Assembly: GCA_963798485.1 (NCBI GenBank)
Contig: CAWCTR010000007.1
Coordinates: forward strand, 1 to 64,000
Length of the DNA stretch: 64,000 nt
Source of the DNA: an uncultured delta proteobacterium
GTDB lineage: Bacteria > Desulfobacterota > Desulfomonilia > UBA1062
Reading direction: 5' to 3'
Below, piece by piece: positions 44,973 through 55,006 of the stretch. Numbering within the stretch: position 1 is the stretch's first letter; the number at the start of each line of letters is the position of its first letter. The translations under genes were made by a program, and so were the position numbers. The notes under the pieces were generated by a model. The model saw nothing but the letters and a program-made list of their open reading frames with translations, was not told the DNA's origin and searched no databases.

Positions 44973-45881
44973 GTGATGGAGCTGGTGCAGATTGAGCCCG
45001 CGCGGAAGCTTCCGGCGCCCAAGCCGGAGTGGTTGAAGGCGCGCGCCCCCATGGGCGAAAACTACCACGACCTGAAGCGGCTGGCGCGTTCTCTCGGTCT
45101 GAACACAGTTTGCGAGAGTGCTCACTGCCCCAACATTGGCGAGTGCTGGCACCACAAAACCGCGACCTTCATGATGCTCGGCAACCTGTGCACGCGGCGT
45201 TGCGGTTTTTGCGCCGTTCCCAAGGGCCGTCCAGAGCCGATTGACATGGATGAGCCGCGGCGCGTGGCCGAGGCCGTGGCCACCCTGGGTCTGGAGCACG
45301 CGGTCATCACCAGCGTGAATCGCGATGACGACCTGGTGGGCGGAGCGCGCATCTTTGCCATGGCCATTGAAGAGATCCGCAGCCGGGCTCCCGGCTGCCG
45401 TGTTGAGGTACTCATCCCTGACTTTCAGGGCAATCAGCAAGCCATCAAGGTGGTGGTCGACGCCAGGCCCGACGTGCTCAACCACAACACTGAGACGGTG
45501 CCTCGCCTGTATCGCGTAGTTCGTTCCGGCGCGCGCTACGAGCGGAGCCTCAGGCTCCTTCAACTTTCAAAGGAGATCAATCCTGCAGGGATATCGAAGT
45601 CGGGCGTCATGGTCGGTCTGGGCGAGGAAACGGCAGAACTGCATCAGGTCTTCCGCGATCTTGCCGGCGTCGGTTGCGACATTCTCACCATCGGTCAGTA
45701 TCTGCGCCCATCGCGCGACCACCTGCCCATGGCGCGGCTCTACACGCCGCGCGAATTTGCCGAACTCAAGTCCGCCGCGCTCACAATGGGTTTTCGACAC
45801 GTCGAATCGGGTCCGCTGGTTCGTTCGAGCTATCACGCGCACGAGCAGGCCGCGGCCACCGGCATGACAGTTGTGGCCTGA
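44973..45881 (+). CDS. lipA: Lipoyl synthase
   Basis: CESAHCPNIGEC, CTRRCGFC, RSSYHA. Confidence 0.97.
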   Translation: MMELVQIEPARKLPAPKPEWLKARAPMGENYHDLKRLARSLGLNTVCESAHCPNIGECWHHKTATFMMLGNLCTRRCGFCAVPKGRPEPIDMDEPRRVAEAVATLGLEHAVITSVNRDDDLVGGARIFAMAIEEIRSRAPGCRVEVLIPDFQGNQQAIKVVVDARPDVLNHNTETVPRLYRVVRSGARYERSLRLLQLSKEINPAGISKSGVMVGLGEETAELHQVFRDLAGVGCDILTIGQYLRPSRDHLPMARLYTPREFAELKSAALTMGFRHVESGPLVRSSYHAHEQAAATGMTVVA

Positions 45882-45956
45882 TCGCGAACCACAAGCCAGC
45901 CGCTCACGGGTTGTAGAATAGCCGTTGGCAGTTTGGCCGTAAGGAGGAAGAAAGCA

Positions 45957-46544
45957 ATGGCACCCTCATTCATGGCCGGAATTCCGGCGCTCAAAGATCT
46001 CAATCTCGACCTCAGGCGGCGGATGGACCAGGCAGTGGCCACGTTCCAGGCCAGCCTGGCTTCCACACGCACCGGCCGCGCCAGCGTGCACATGGTCGAC
46101 CAGGTCAAGGTGGACTACTACGGTACCCCAACCCCCATCAGCCAGATGGCGCAGGTCTCCGCGCCCGAGGCGCAGCTGATTCTGATCTCGCCCTGGGACC
46201 CCACCGTCCTGAAAGACATGGAGAAAGCCATCCAGTCCGCAGACCTGGGCCTCAACCCCATCTCTGACGGCAAGGTGCTGCGGATTCCAGTGCCGCCCAT
46301 GACCGAGGACCGCCGCCGCGATGTCTGCAAGCACATCAACAAGGTACTTGAAGAACATCGCACCGCCGTCCGCAACGTGCGCCGCGATGGCAACGATGCC
46401 CTGAAGAAACTGGCCAAAGACAAGAAGATCGGCGAGGACGAAGAAAAGCGCGCTCTTGAAGAAGTGCAAAAGATGACCGACGAAGAGATTCGCCGCATGG
46501 AAGAGCTCTCGCGCAAAAAAGAAGCCGAAGTTATGCAGGTGTGA
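45957..46544 (+). CDS. frr: Ribosome recycling factor
   Basis: RTGRAS, DLGLNP, PPMTEDRR, VRNVRRD. Confidence 0.96.
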   Translation: MAPSFMAGIPALKDLNLDLRRRMDQAVATFQASLASTRTGRASVHMVDQVKVDYYGTPTPISQMAQVSAPEAQLILISPWDPTVLKDMEKAIQSADLGLNPISDGKVLRIPVPPMTEDRRRDVCKHINKVLEEHRTAVRNVRRDGNDALKKLAKDKKIGEDEEKRALEEVQKMTDEEIRRMEELSRKKEAEVMQV

Positions 46545-46679
46545 CGATCGGCAACGGTCTCATAAACCTTCTTCAAGAATATTCCCACACCGAGGATTCC
46601 TGCGGCCCAGCTCCTGACTCCACGCGTGTGTCATCAGTCGAGCCAGCAGCCTAATCCCGGCTTGAAGGGACAGAGAAGA

Positions 46680-48206
46680 ATGTCAGTTCGATCGAAGTTG
46701 CTTACCCTGGCAATCGTGGTTGTTTATGCGGTCGCGATGGTGAGCACGAATGGCATTTTCACCATTCTCGACGATGAAAGCACCATCATTTCAATGGCCA
46801 GTAGTCCCGTGCTGCCCACCGTGCAGTTGTATCTTCACGGCGGCTCCGTCAACGAGCATCCGCCGGCATCTGACATCCTGCTGCACGGCTGGATGGTTGC
46901 TACGGGATACTCATTCGCGGCCCTTCGCATCTTTGCCAACATCTTCTATATTCTCGGCACTTTGTTCCTGGCACTTTCGGCGTATCGGCTCGCGGGAATC
47001 AGGGCCTACTGGGCAGCCCTCGTCCTCTCGTTCGCGTGGCCTTTTGCCTTCCAGTACGGGCGCATCACAGGCTGGTATTGCTGCAGCTTCTTCCTTGTGG
47101 CGCTGGCAACATGGCTCTATCTTGAGATTCTCGATGGGCGCGGCTACGGCTGGTGGGCCGTATTCACAGCAGCCGCCATTCTGATGGTATGGACCAACTA
47201 TTTTGGGGTCGCCACCTTGCTGTTGCTGCTCCTGGACCTTCTTTTCTTCCATCCGGCATTCGCACGCAAGAACAGAACGGCTCTTTTGCTCTCCATCGCT
47301 GCGGTTGTTTTGAGTTTCCTTCCCTTTTTCCTGGTTGTGATCGACGATCTTGGATCACATGCCATGGGCGTGCACTCCGGAGTCGATTGGAAGGCGATGA
47401 TCGCCGAAGTTGGCTATCCTCTGTTCTCCATCTTCGGCTCGGTCGCGGTCGCGCCGTGGTATCTGCCCCTCAGCATTCCTGTTTTTGCAGCCACCATCGC
47501 TCTACTCATATCCATCTGGTGCAGCCCCGGACGCAGATGGCTGGTTTATCTCGGTCTATCGGTGGTTCTTCTAGAACTCAGCGGGCAAACCAACGTGAAG
47601 CGCGTACTCTTTCTGCTCCCGTGGTTATTTGTCGCCATGATTCTGGCCGCACTTGGAAAGGCCGCCAGATACCCGAGGCTCGCGTGGGCCGCAATCGTTA
47701 CCCTGGTCGTTGCAGGCTGGATCGGCATCATCTCAGGCAGGCACTACGCGACGGCCAACCTCTATGAGCCGTGGAAAAACGTCGCGCAGGTAGTGGCTGG
47801 TAACGCGCGCGCCGGAGATACCGTCATCAGCGACAGTTTTCCGTTCTTCTTTTACATGAACTATCAGCTAGGCCTTGAGCGGGAGACCCAGGCAGACAGC
47901 GGGTCAGACCTGACGGCTGGCGTGTACCGATCTCATGGATACAGGATCCTCGAGCCGGACGGAGAGGAGCAATGGCTTGACGGTCTCAAGGGCAAGGTCG
48001 TGCTCGTGAGCGGCGCAGCATATCTTGACGAGGTTCAATGGATGGCATCTTTGAACGATCGTTTGCATCAGCGATGCAGTGTCCAGGGTGAATATCGGGC
48101 TGTTCCAGACCCTGCGCTTGAGTTCAAGGCGAAATTTGCAAAAGACGCGCCCGCGCTCGCGTATCGCGTTGACGTGACCTGGTTCGATTGTTCCGGCTTA
48201 ATGTGA
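46680..48206 (+). CDS. Polytopic membrane glycosyltransferase (GT-C, ArnT/PMT-like)
   Basis: LDDE motif after TM1, EHPP, many TM segments. Confidence 0.7.
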   Translation: MSVRSKLLTLAIVVVYAVAMVSTNGIFTILDDESTIISMASSPVLPTVQLYLHGGSVNEHPPASDILLHGWMVATGYSFAALRIFANIFYILGTLFLALSAYRLAGIRAYWAALVLSFAWPFAFQYGRITGWYCCSFFLVALATWLYLEILDGRGYGWWAVFTAAAILMVWTNYFGVATLLLLLLDLLFFHPAFARKNRTALLLSIAAVVLSFLPFFLVVIDDLGSHAMGVHSGVDWKAMIAEVGYPLFSIFGSVAVAPWYLPLSIPVFAATIALLISIWCSPGRRWLVYLGLSVVLLELSGQTNVKRVLFLLPWLFVAMILAALGKAARYPRLAWAAIVTLVVAGWIGIISGRHYATANLYEPWKNVAQVVAGNARAGDTVISDSFPFFFYMNYQLGLERETQADSGSDLTAGVYRSHGYRILEPDGEEQWLDGLKGKVVLVSGAAYLDEVQWMASLNDRLHQRCSVQGEYRAVPDPALEFKAKFAKDAPALAYRVDVTWFDCSGLM

Positions 48207-48218
48207 CGCGGGTGACGG

Positions 48219-49268
48219 CTACCTGGCCGCCACTCGCTGGCGATACGCATCTAGTACCGACCGTCCGACTCCCCAGATCAGCTGCAAGACCACGATTGCA
48301 ATAATGATTGACACTGCCTGGAAAACACCTTTGTTCGCCGACGCCAGGGTCGCGCCATGGGCCGCCTCATCCGCAGCCGGATTCTTGAGCAGAAACAGTA
48401 TGTGGTTCGGGGCCGCGAGCAACACGCACAATGGAACCAGCGAGAGAACCTGCATCACCAGTTGCCGCACGCGGTTCGGCGGCCGCTGCCATGCGCCACG
48501 TGCCAGGTCAACGATGCGCCACGTCAGCTCGAACGCGTTCAGGCAGACCAGGCACAAGTAGAACGTCCACCAAACCGGCGCAAGTTGGTACGGCAGGGAA
48601 CCGAGGTAGCATGCTCCGGGCCCGAAGAGCAGGAACGGGTAGTGCGGGACCAACAGAATCCACGCAAACATCACGCAGCCGAAGAACACTTCGAGGAAGG
48701 TCCGCGTAAAGCTCCGCGGCTTTGCCCATCCGCCGGCATCCGCGCCAACCGGGGGCAGATCAAGCGGCGTCCACGACGCGGTCATCGGCTCGGTTATGAG
48801 CCCAACCCCGTGGAACGTCTCCGGAAAAAATGCGCGAATCAGTTCGATCGCCGCAAAGATCAGCGTGACCACCCCCGCGCTGATCAGCCAGATCTGGGGC
48901 AAGCGCAAAGCCGCTCGCAGAACGCCTTCGCCGCCGAGGTTGTTCGCCGCAATCGCCACGGCATTCGCTATGGCAAAAATCACCGTCGCCCACATTAGCA
49001 CCAGCCGCAGCACGAACGAGTAAGTTGGAAATATTGCGGGACCGATCAGATACTGCTGCCGCTGATAGCGCGCGGCCACCTGGATGGGTGGTCCGATCTG
49101 CTTGAGCCACTCCTCAGCTTCTTCTTTCTTCAGCGGTCGGCCGAGCTCCGCTTCCTTGTCTTCGAGTTGAGCCTCGAGATTGGCGCGCAGTTCAGCGGCG
49201 ATATCGTCCTGCCGCTGCCAGGGCAGGTGTTTCTTTACTGCTAAAAGGTAACGATCGAGGAGTTCCAA
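48219..49268 (-). CDS. Membrane protein associated with PadR (N-terminal HAAS-like domain)
   Basis: LLDRYLLAVKKHLP...DIAAEL...GPPIQVAARY, LIGPAIFP. Confidence 0.8.
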   Translation of the reverse strand: MELLDRYLLAVKKHLPWQRQDDIAAELRANLEAQLEDKEAELGRPLKKEEAEEWLKQIGPPIQVAARYQRQQYLIGPAIFPTYSFVLRLVLMWATVIFAIANAVAIAANNLGGEGVLRAALRLPQIWLISAGVVTLIFAAIELIRAFFPETFHGVGLITEPMTASWTPLDLPPVGADAGGWAKPRSFTRTFLEVFFGCVMFAWILLVPHYPFLLFGPGACYLGSLPYQLAPVWWTFYLCLVCLNAFELTWRIVDLARGAWQRPPNRVRQLVMQVLSLVPLCVLLAAPNHILFLLKNPAADEAAHGATLASANKGVFQAVSIIIAIVVLQLIWGVGRSVLDAYRQRVAAR

Positions 49269-49285
49269 GGTGATTCCTCCATTTC

Positions 49286-49615
49286 TTAGAGAAGGTTGTT
49301 GATGGATGTGTTGATGGCGCTCCACTCTTCCAACAAGCGTTGAAAGATCTGTTCACCGTCGCTTGAGAGCCGGTAGAAGCGCTTGTTCCGTTTTTCTTCC
49401 TCGCGCCATTCGCTGGTGAGCAGTCCCTGCGTCTCAAGCCGCCGAAGCAACGGATAAAGCGTGCTTTCATCGATTTCCATGCCACGCCCAGCCAGCGCCT
49501 TGCGCAGCGTGTATCCGTAGTGTTCCTGCTTGAGTTGCGCGAGAACAGCCAGTGTCAGGCAGCCCCGCCGCAGCTCCAGACGAAGGTTTTCAAAGAGGTT
49601 TTCCGTCAAAGTCAT
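49286..49615 (-). CDS. PadR family transcriptional regulator
   Basis: ELRRGCLTLAVL, YGY, TLYPLLRRLE, KRFYRLS. Confidence 0.93.
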   Translation of the reverse strand: MTLTENLFENLRLELRRGCLTLAVLAQLKQEHYGYTLRKALAGRGMEIDESTLYPLLRRLETQGLLTSEWREEEKRNKRFYRLSSDGEQIFQRLLEEWSAINTSINNLL

Positions 49616-49639
49616 CCTGCGCCTCACACACTGTACACA

Positions 49640-49664
49640 ATACACTGTATGACACACAGTGTAT
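49640..49664. promoter_or_regulatory. Probable PadR operator overlapping the promoter
   Basis: Perfect inverted repeat ATACACTGT-N7-ACAGTGTAT next to a minus-strand TTGACA (49667-49672). Confidence 0.7.
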
Positions 49665-49847
49665 GTTGTCAAGTATATTTTGCGTGCAATCGGCTGCTTG
49701 CGCGACGATACGGACCTTCGGCTATTCCTTTTATGCCTGCGGATGAAACGGAATCGCTGCCCGCCTTGCTCGGAGCAAATCAGCAAGTCACTCCGTCAAA
49801 ATGTTTTAGCTTTTGTCACGCTGGCTTTGAGAAGCGGCGCAGCCTTT

Positions 49848-50958
49848 CTAAATTCCGCGGCCGCGGAAGAGATAGAAAAGCTCGATCAGCAGGATTAAAA
49901 CGACCACAACTTCGAGGAAGAACCCCCGGGCATGGTTGAATTGTTCCACCATGTCTTGATAGAGGTCTTCAGCAGTTTTCATTTTCTTCGCGACCAGGTC
50001 CTTGTAATCAGGAACGCCAACCCTGGCTGCGGCCAGCCGATAAAGACGCGCGGCAAACATATCGCTGAGAAATTTGATTGAATTGTCGGCGCGCTCCGTT
50101 AATTCACCAATTTCGAGCAGAATTGAGTGCAGGCGGGTTGCGGAACGGGACATACGCCATCGCGAAAGCATCCCCTTTTTCCGCTCCAGCGACAGGTAGA
50201 CGTTATCCAGTACGCCCGTGAGCAGCTCATCGTAGTGACGGAATTCCAAGAGCTGCGAGTTGGCGTATTCGAGCAGCTGAATGGCTGTTTCCGCTCCCGC
50301 ATTGCTGTCATAAAGGAATGCGGCGTTCCAGCCAATCACGGTGAGGTCGTTCTCATAGTACGAAATGCGCGACTGCAGGACTTCAGCACATTCGCCTTCC
50401 GACAGGCGAAGCTTGTCTCCGCGAACGATCTGGGCAATTTCGCGGCCGTGATCGCGGGTGAGGTCGGCAGCCGAGGGCGTTCCAGCCTCTTCGCGCACAT
50501 GGAAGATGAAGTAGTCTTCGCTGAGCCAGCGGGCATAGGGCTTTACCTGCGCGCTTGCAGGCGCGTTCCAGGCGCTCGCGCACGATGGGCTCTACGCGGG
50601 TGACAAAATCCACGTCCCACACCCACTGGCTGGCCAGATGAACCAGGCTCTGCCAATCGCCTGAAAAGCTGAGCTGGTACAGGACGCTGACGACACCGTA
50701 GTCGTAGAACTTGATCTCTCCCTCAAGCCGCTCACCGCCTGCCAGGAGAAGAGGTTCAAGGGGTTCTACAACCGGCGGCCTGTGGTAACGCACATAGGTG
50801 GGCACCGAGTGCTTGGTTTTGGGTTGCTGCACCGTGCGGGCGTTCGCGGCCCGCTGCAGTTGGTCGAGACGGAGCTCTTCGCATACATCGAATTGGATCA
50901 GCACAAGGACCGAGCCGCAGACTGGAGATGGGCTCGACGATGGAGACGCGGCAGCCAT
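49848..50958 (-). CDS. Conserved hypothetical protein (RMD1/DUF155-like), frameshifted near 50540
   Basis: ORFs 50383-50958 and 49848-50498 join; ANSQLLEFRHYD and terminal LEVVVVLILLIE TM. Confidence 0.7.
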
Positions 50959-50975
50959 GTTTCCTATTGATGCGG

Positions 50976-52144
50976 CTACTTCTTCGGACGTTTATAGAAC
51001 GGGACCGGGACCTGCTTCGCCCTTACGGCATTGGCGCGGCACTGCACGATTACATCTTCTCCACTTGCCGCCACGCTTGCAGGCACCAACGCCATGGCGA
51101 TGTTGGTCTTGAGAAACGGCGCGGGCGAGCCCGAGGTGACAGTGCCGATTTTTTCCCCGCTCAACGACAGCACGTCGTACCCGTCCCGCCCGATGCCGCG
51201 GTCGACCATCTCGAGCCCCACGATCCTGCGCTTTGGTCCGCCTGCAGCCTGCATAGCCAGCAAGGCATCGCGCCCTATGAAGTTTCCCTTGTCCAACTTG
51301 AGCCAGCGGTCGAGCCCGCCCTCAAACACATTGATTTCCTCGGAGATTTCGTGGCCGTAGAGGCTCATGCCGGCCTCAAGCCGCAGTGTGTTGCGCGCGC
51401 CAAGCCCGCAGGGGCGAATGCCGAACTCCGCGCCCGCTTCGAGAAGGGCTTCCCACATCTTCACGGTGGTTGGCTCGTCGGCGGGAATGTAGACCTCGAA
51501 TCCGTCTTCTCCTGAATAGCCGGTGCGCGCGATCAGCACATTGGGAATGCCCGCCACGGTGCCCCACGTGAACCAGTAGTTCTTGATTGCGGCCAGGTCC
51601 ACCTTGGTCAGTTTCTCAGGGTCTCCAGCGCGCGCGGACCCTGCAAGGCAAGTTGCGAATAGTAGCTGGAGTAGTCGCTGATGTGGATCGACGGGAAACT
51701 GCCGACCTGCTTGCGAATCCAGGCGTAGTCCTTGTCCTTCGTTCCGGCATTCACCACCAGCAGGTAGTCGTTCTGGCTGAGCCGGTGAACGAGGATGTCG
51801 TCAACAAAAGTGCCTGCGGGCGTGAGTAGCGCGGAGTAGTGCGCCTGTCCGTCCTTCAGCTTTGACGCGTCGTTCATGGTGATGTGCTGAATGGCAGCCA
51901 GCGCGCCCGGTCCGCGAAACTGGATCTCGCCCATGTGGCTCACGTCGAAGAGGCCAACGCCGGTGCGTACGGCTATGTGCTCGGCGATCAGGCCTCCGCC
52001 GGGGCCTGGATACTCGACCGGCATATCCCATCCGCCGAAGTCCACCATCTTTGCCTTGAGAGCGCGATGCGTGGCGTTGAGGGCGGTCTTCTTGAGAGGC
52101 GTTGAAGCGGCTGCTTCTTGTGCGGGCGTGACTGGCGTCGACAT
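50976..52144 (-). CDS. gcvT: Glycine cleavage system T protein (frameshifted near 51605)
   Basis: MVDFGGWDMP, GLFDVSHMG, ARTGYSGEDGFE, GLGARNTLRLEAG. Confidence 0.96.
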
Positions 52145-52277
52145 GGTCACATTCCTTTCGGGAGTCTTCCTTCTTCACGATAGGTTGGGGAGGCGGCGGG
52201 GTCAAACCGGGCTCGCAGATGAAAAGGACCGTCGGGACCGCCGGGAGCAGGACGCCAGCGCGCAATAGAATGAGGGC

Positions 52278-52448
52278 ATGAACCAGTTTCGAGGCGTCCT
52301 GATGCTGCTGGCCGCGGGTGTGGCATTCTGGCGCGGTTGGCAGATCCATGTCGGACACAACGCTCTCCTGGCGTACGCACTCTCTGCAGTCGCGCTGGGC
52401 CTGGCCGTCTGGCACCTAACGCGCAAGCCCGATAAGCCGCGCGTGTGA
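52278..52448 (+). CDS. Small two-TM protein (56 aa, below ORF-track cutoff)
   Basis: MNQFRGVLMLLAAGVAFWRGWQIHVGHNALLAYALSAVALGLAVWHLTRKPDKPRV; fills the gcvT-TMEM175 gap. Confidence 0.6.
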   Translation: MNQFRGVLMLLAAGVAFWRGWQIHVGHNALLAYALSAVALGLAVWHLTRKPDKPRV

Positions 52449-52490
52449 GCTGAACTCAATCCGCGATCCGGCTGCTTTCGCGAGGACCTA

Positions 52491-53127
52491 ATGAAGTTGA
52501 CGCATACGCTGTACAACCGTATTCAGGGCCGCAGCGTCGATCGGCTGGCGGCTTTGAGTGACGGCATCTTTGCCGTGGCCATGACGCTGCTGGTGCTCGA
52601 TCTTCATCTCCCCTCGACGGCCCAGGTGCATGGCGAGCGGGAACTCCTTTATGCGCTGGGCGCGCTGGGGCCACAGTGGATTGCCTATCTGATGAGTTTC
52701 CTCACCCTCGGCATCTTCTGGGCCGGTCAGCAGACGCAGTTGAATCACTTCGGCGAAGGTAATCGCGATCTCACCTGGATCCACCTCGGGTTTCTTTTCG
52801 CCATAACCCTCCTGCCGCTTTCCACGCGTCTGCTGGCCGACTTCATTACTTACCGGTCTGCGCTGGGCATATACTGGCTCAATATTTTTGTTGCCGGCGC
52901 CATGCTCTATTGGAGTTGGAAATATGCAACAAAGGCCGGCCTCATCAAGGAAGATACTCCGGCCGAGGTGCGCGGCCAGCATCTGCAAACGGGTGGTGAT
53001 TGCCCAGTCGTTTTATGCGGCCGGCGCGGCGCTTTGCGTGATCAACACCTGGGTCAGTATCGCGGCTATTGTGCTGGTGCAATTGAACTACGCCATCGCC
53101 CCACGCCTTTTTAGGCATAAGGAATAA
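52491..53127 (+). CDS. TMEM175 family potassium channel (frameshift near 52975)
   Basis: RLAALSDGIFAVAMTLLVL, YLMSF..LGIFW. Confidence 0.88.
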
Positions 53128-53156
53128 CCCGGATTAGCCACTGCGCACCCCCCAGG

Positions 53157-53759
53157 ATGAGTGCTAGGCTGGCGGGAATGGAATTCAGCTACAAACTGAC
53201 GGAAGATGAGTTTATCCGCGGCGCTCGCCTGGAGCGCAAGGCCTCTTCCCGATCGAGCCTCAAGACCGCCTTGTTCTGGATGTCGATCATGGCCGGCCTT
53301 ATGATCCTCTTTGCCTCAATTCGGCCCAGAGATCATCAGGCGCCTGACACCGCCTCCGTCGCGGTTCTGAGCTCTGCGCAGCCCAGCCCCACAACCCCCG
53401 CTGGCAAAACAGCCGCCCTCCTGCAGCAGGCTGGCCCGTTTCTGGTCATTGCGGGATTGTGGATCCTTTTGGTGAAGGGACTTATTCCGTTGCGGCTCCG
53501 TTATCTCTACCGCAAAGACCCGCGCATGCATGCATTCTTCGTGGTCGAATTGACCGGGGATTCGATTTCCACGTACAACGCCGCGGGGACTTCCTCAAGA
53601 AGCGCATGGAATGTCTACGACGGTTGGTGCGAGCGCGAGGGGATCGTTGTGCTTATGTTTCACTCTGGCGCTTATTCCATTATGTCGCTCGCCGGGCTCT
53701 CGCCGCTTCAGCAGGACCAAGTACGCGGCATTCTCACAGCGGCGCTGCCTAGAAAATAA
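53157..53759 (+). CDS. YcxB-like membrane protein
   Basis: Two TM segments followed by a YcxB-like C-terminal domain. Confidence 0.6.
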   Translation: MSARLAGMEFSYKLTEDEFIRGARLERKASSRSSLKTALFWMSIMAGLMILFASIRPRDHQAPDTASVAVLSSAQPSPTTPAGKTAALLQQAGPFLVIAGLWILLVKGLIPLRLRYLYRKDPRMHAFFVVELTGDSISTYNAAGTSSRSAWNVYDGWCEREGIVVLMFHSGAYSIMSLAGLSPLQQDQVRGILTAALPRK

Positions 53760-53862
53760 ATCCGCCAAAACCATTACTCAAGTAACGCAACTCCATCGGT
53801 CAATTTGGGTTCATTTTGATACACCGGGCGAACTGCATGCCTGGGATCGAGAGGTAATCCCG

Positions 53863-54024
53863 TTGTTGACCACGACTTTAAACTCTTTGGTGGCAGTTCG
53901 GCTTGGCGGTTTCAGATTGATGCATGGCGTGGGACGCGATGGTTTCGGTCCACTGCTGATCGGCCTCTCCATCGTTGGCGCTTTTATTTGGGCGCTGTCC
54001 CGTTTAACTGGGCGTCCAGTCTGA
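53863..54024 (+). CDS. Possible small membrane protein
   Basis: GAGGT RBS, TTG start, C-terminal hydrophobic helix. Confidence 0.4.
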   Translation: MLTTTLNSLVAVRLGGFRLMHGVGRDGFGPLLIGLSIVGAFIWALSRLTGRPV

Positions 54025-54052
54025 TTCCAGTCAGGCACGGGGAAGTTCCCGT

Positions 54053-54484
54053 CTACTTGCGATGCGCTCTCCAGAAGGAACTCACGCCAAGGTAGAAAAA
54101 AACTACAACCACGAGCGCTGTTACCAGGAACGTCCGATGATCGGGACCGTGGGCCCAGTTTGCTCTCATGCGCCAGAGATTCGGGGCAAACACCAGCACA
54201 GGCAAAAGGAAGAAGACGCCCGTCACTTCAAGCCAGAGGATGCCACCCACGCGCTGAAAAGGCTTCAGGAAACCGCCAACGCCGCGGGCGACTCCGCTGC
54301 CCGCCTGAGCGGTAACGCGCCTGGCGGTTTGCTCCGCATTCTGGACTCTGGCCGCCGGACTCGCAGACTGCTGTTGCTGCCCGGACACCGCGGCTTGGGT
54401 CGCGCCCGCCAGTTGCTGGCTCGCCATGCGCCCGGCAACGCGCAGTCCCGTACCAAGGACCCGCCCAATGATCTGTGGTCTCAT
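54053..54484 (-). CDS. Hypothetical membrane protein
   Basis: MRPQIIGRVLG..., LWLEVTGVFF, two TM segments. Confidence 0.7.
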   Translation of the reverse strand: MRPQIIGRVLGTGLRVAGRMASQQLAGATQAAVSGQQQQSASPAARVQNAEQTARRVTAQAGSGVARGVGGFLKPFQRVGGILWLEVTGVFFLLPVLVFAPNLWRMRANWAHGPDHRTFLVTALVVVVFFYLGVSSFWRAHRK

Positions 54485-54644
54485 TCCGTTTATGATGGTA
54501 GCAGCGACGCGGGGTGAGACGCTTCTCGCCGTCCGCGGCCGCTTTCCGTTTGCGCCTGAGCGGATATGGCAGTAAGGTAAAGAAATCTCACGCCGCAACC
54601 CGCGCTTTTCATGCTTGCGCCGGCCGCCGCTCATGGAGGTATCT

Positions 54645-54958
54645 GTGACATCCCGTCTGCGCGAACTCATTCAGCAACTGGGCGAGGCCATCCACGAGTC
54701 GGTCATTGAAAGCGAACAAATTGCCGGAGTTGTCCAGGATATCCGCAAGCACGGATTCGATGTGCTGCTCATGCTCGAAGCCACCATCGGTTTGAACGAA
54801 GTTGCGGCCAAGGAAGCCGAAGCTGCCGCCAGCAGCGGATCTGCGGATAAAGATGGCCGGCCGGCGAATTTACCCCCAACGACCTGCACTTTCTACGCTC
54901 CCTGCGGATTTCCGTCGAGGGCGAAGAAGAAGGCGCTGCAGAGAACGACACCGAGTAG
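54645..54958 (+). CDS. Small acidic hypothetical protein (frameshifted)
   Basis: GGAGGT RBS plus GTG; QQLGEAIHESV...LMLEATIGL, then DLHFLRSLRIS in another frame. Confidence 0.6.
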
Positions 54959-55006
54959 CCGTACCAGCACATGGAGTTTCTGTTTCGCGGCAGGTCTGCT
55001 GGAAAA

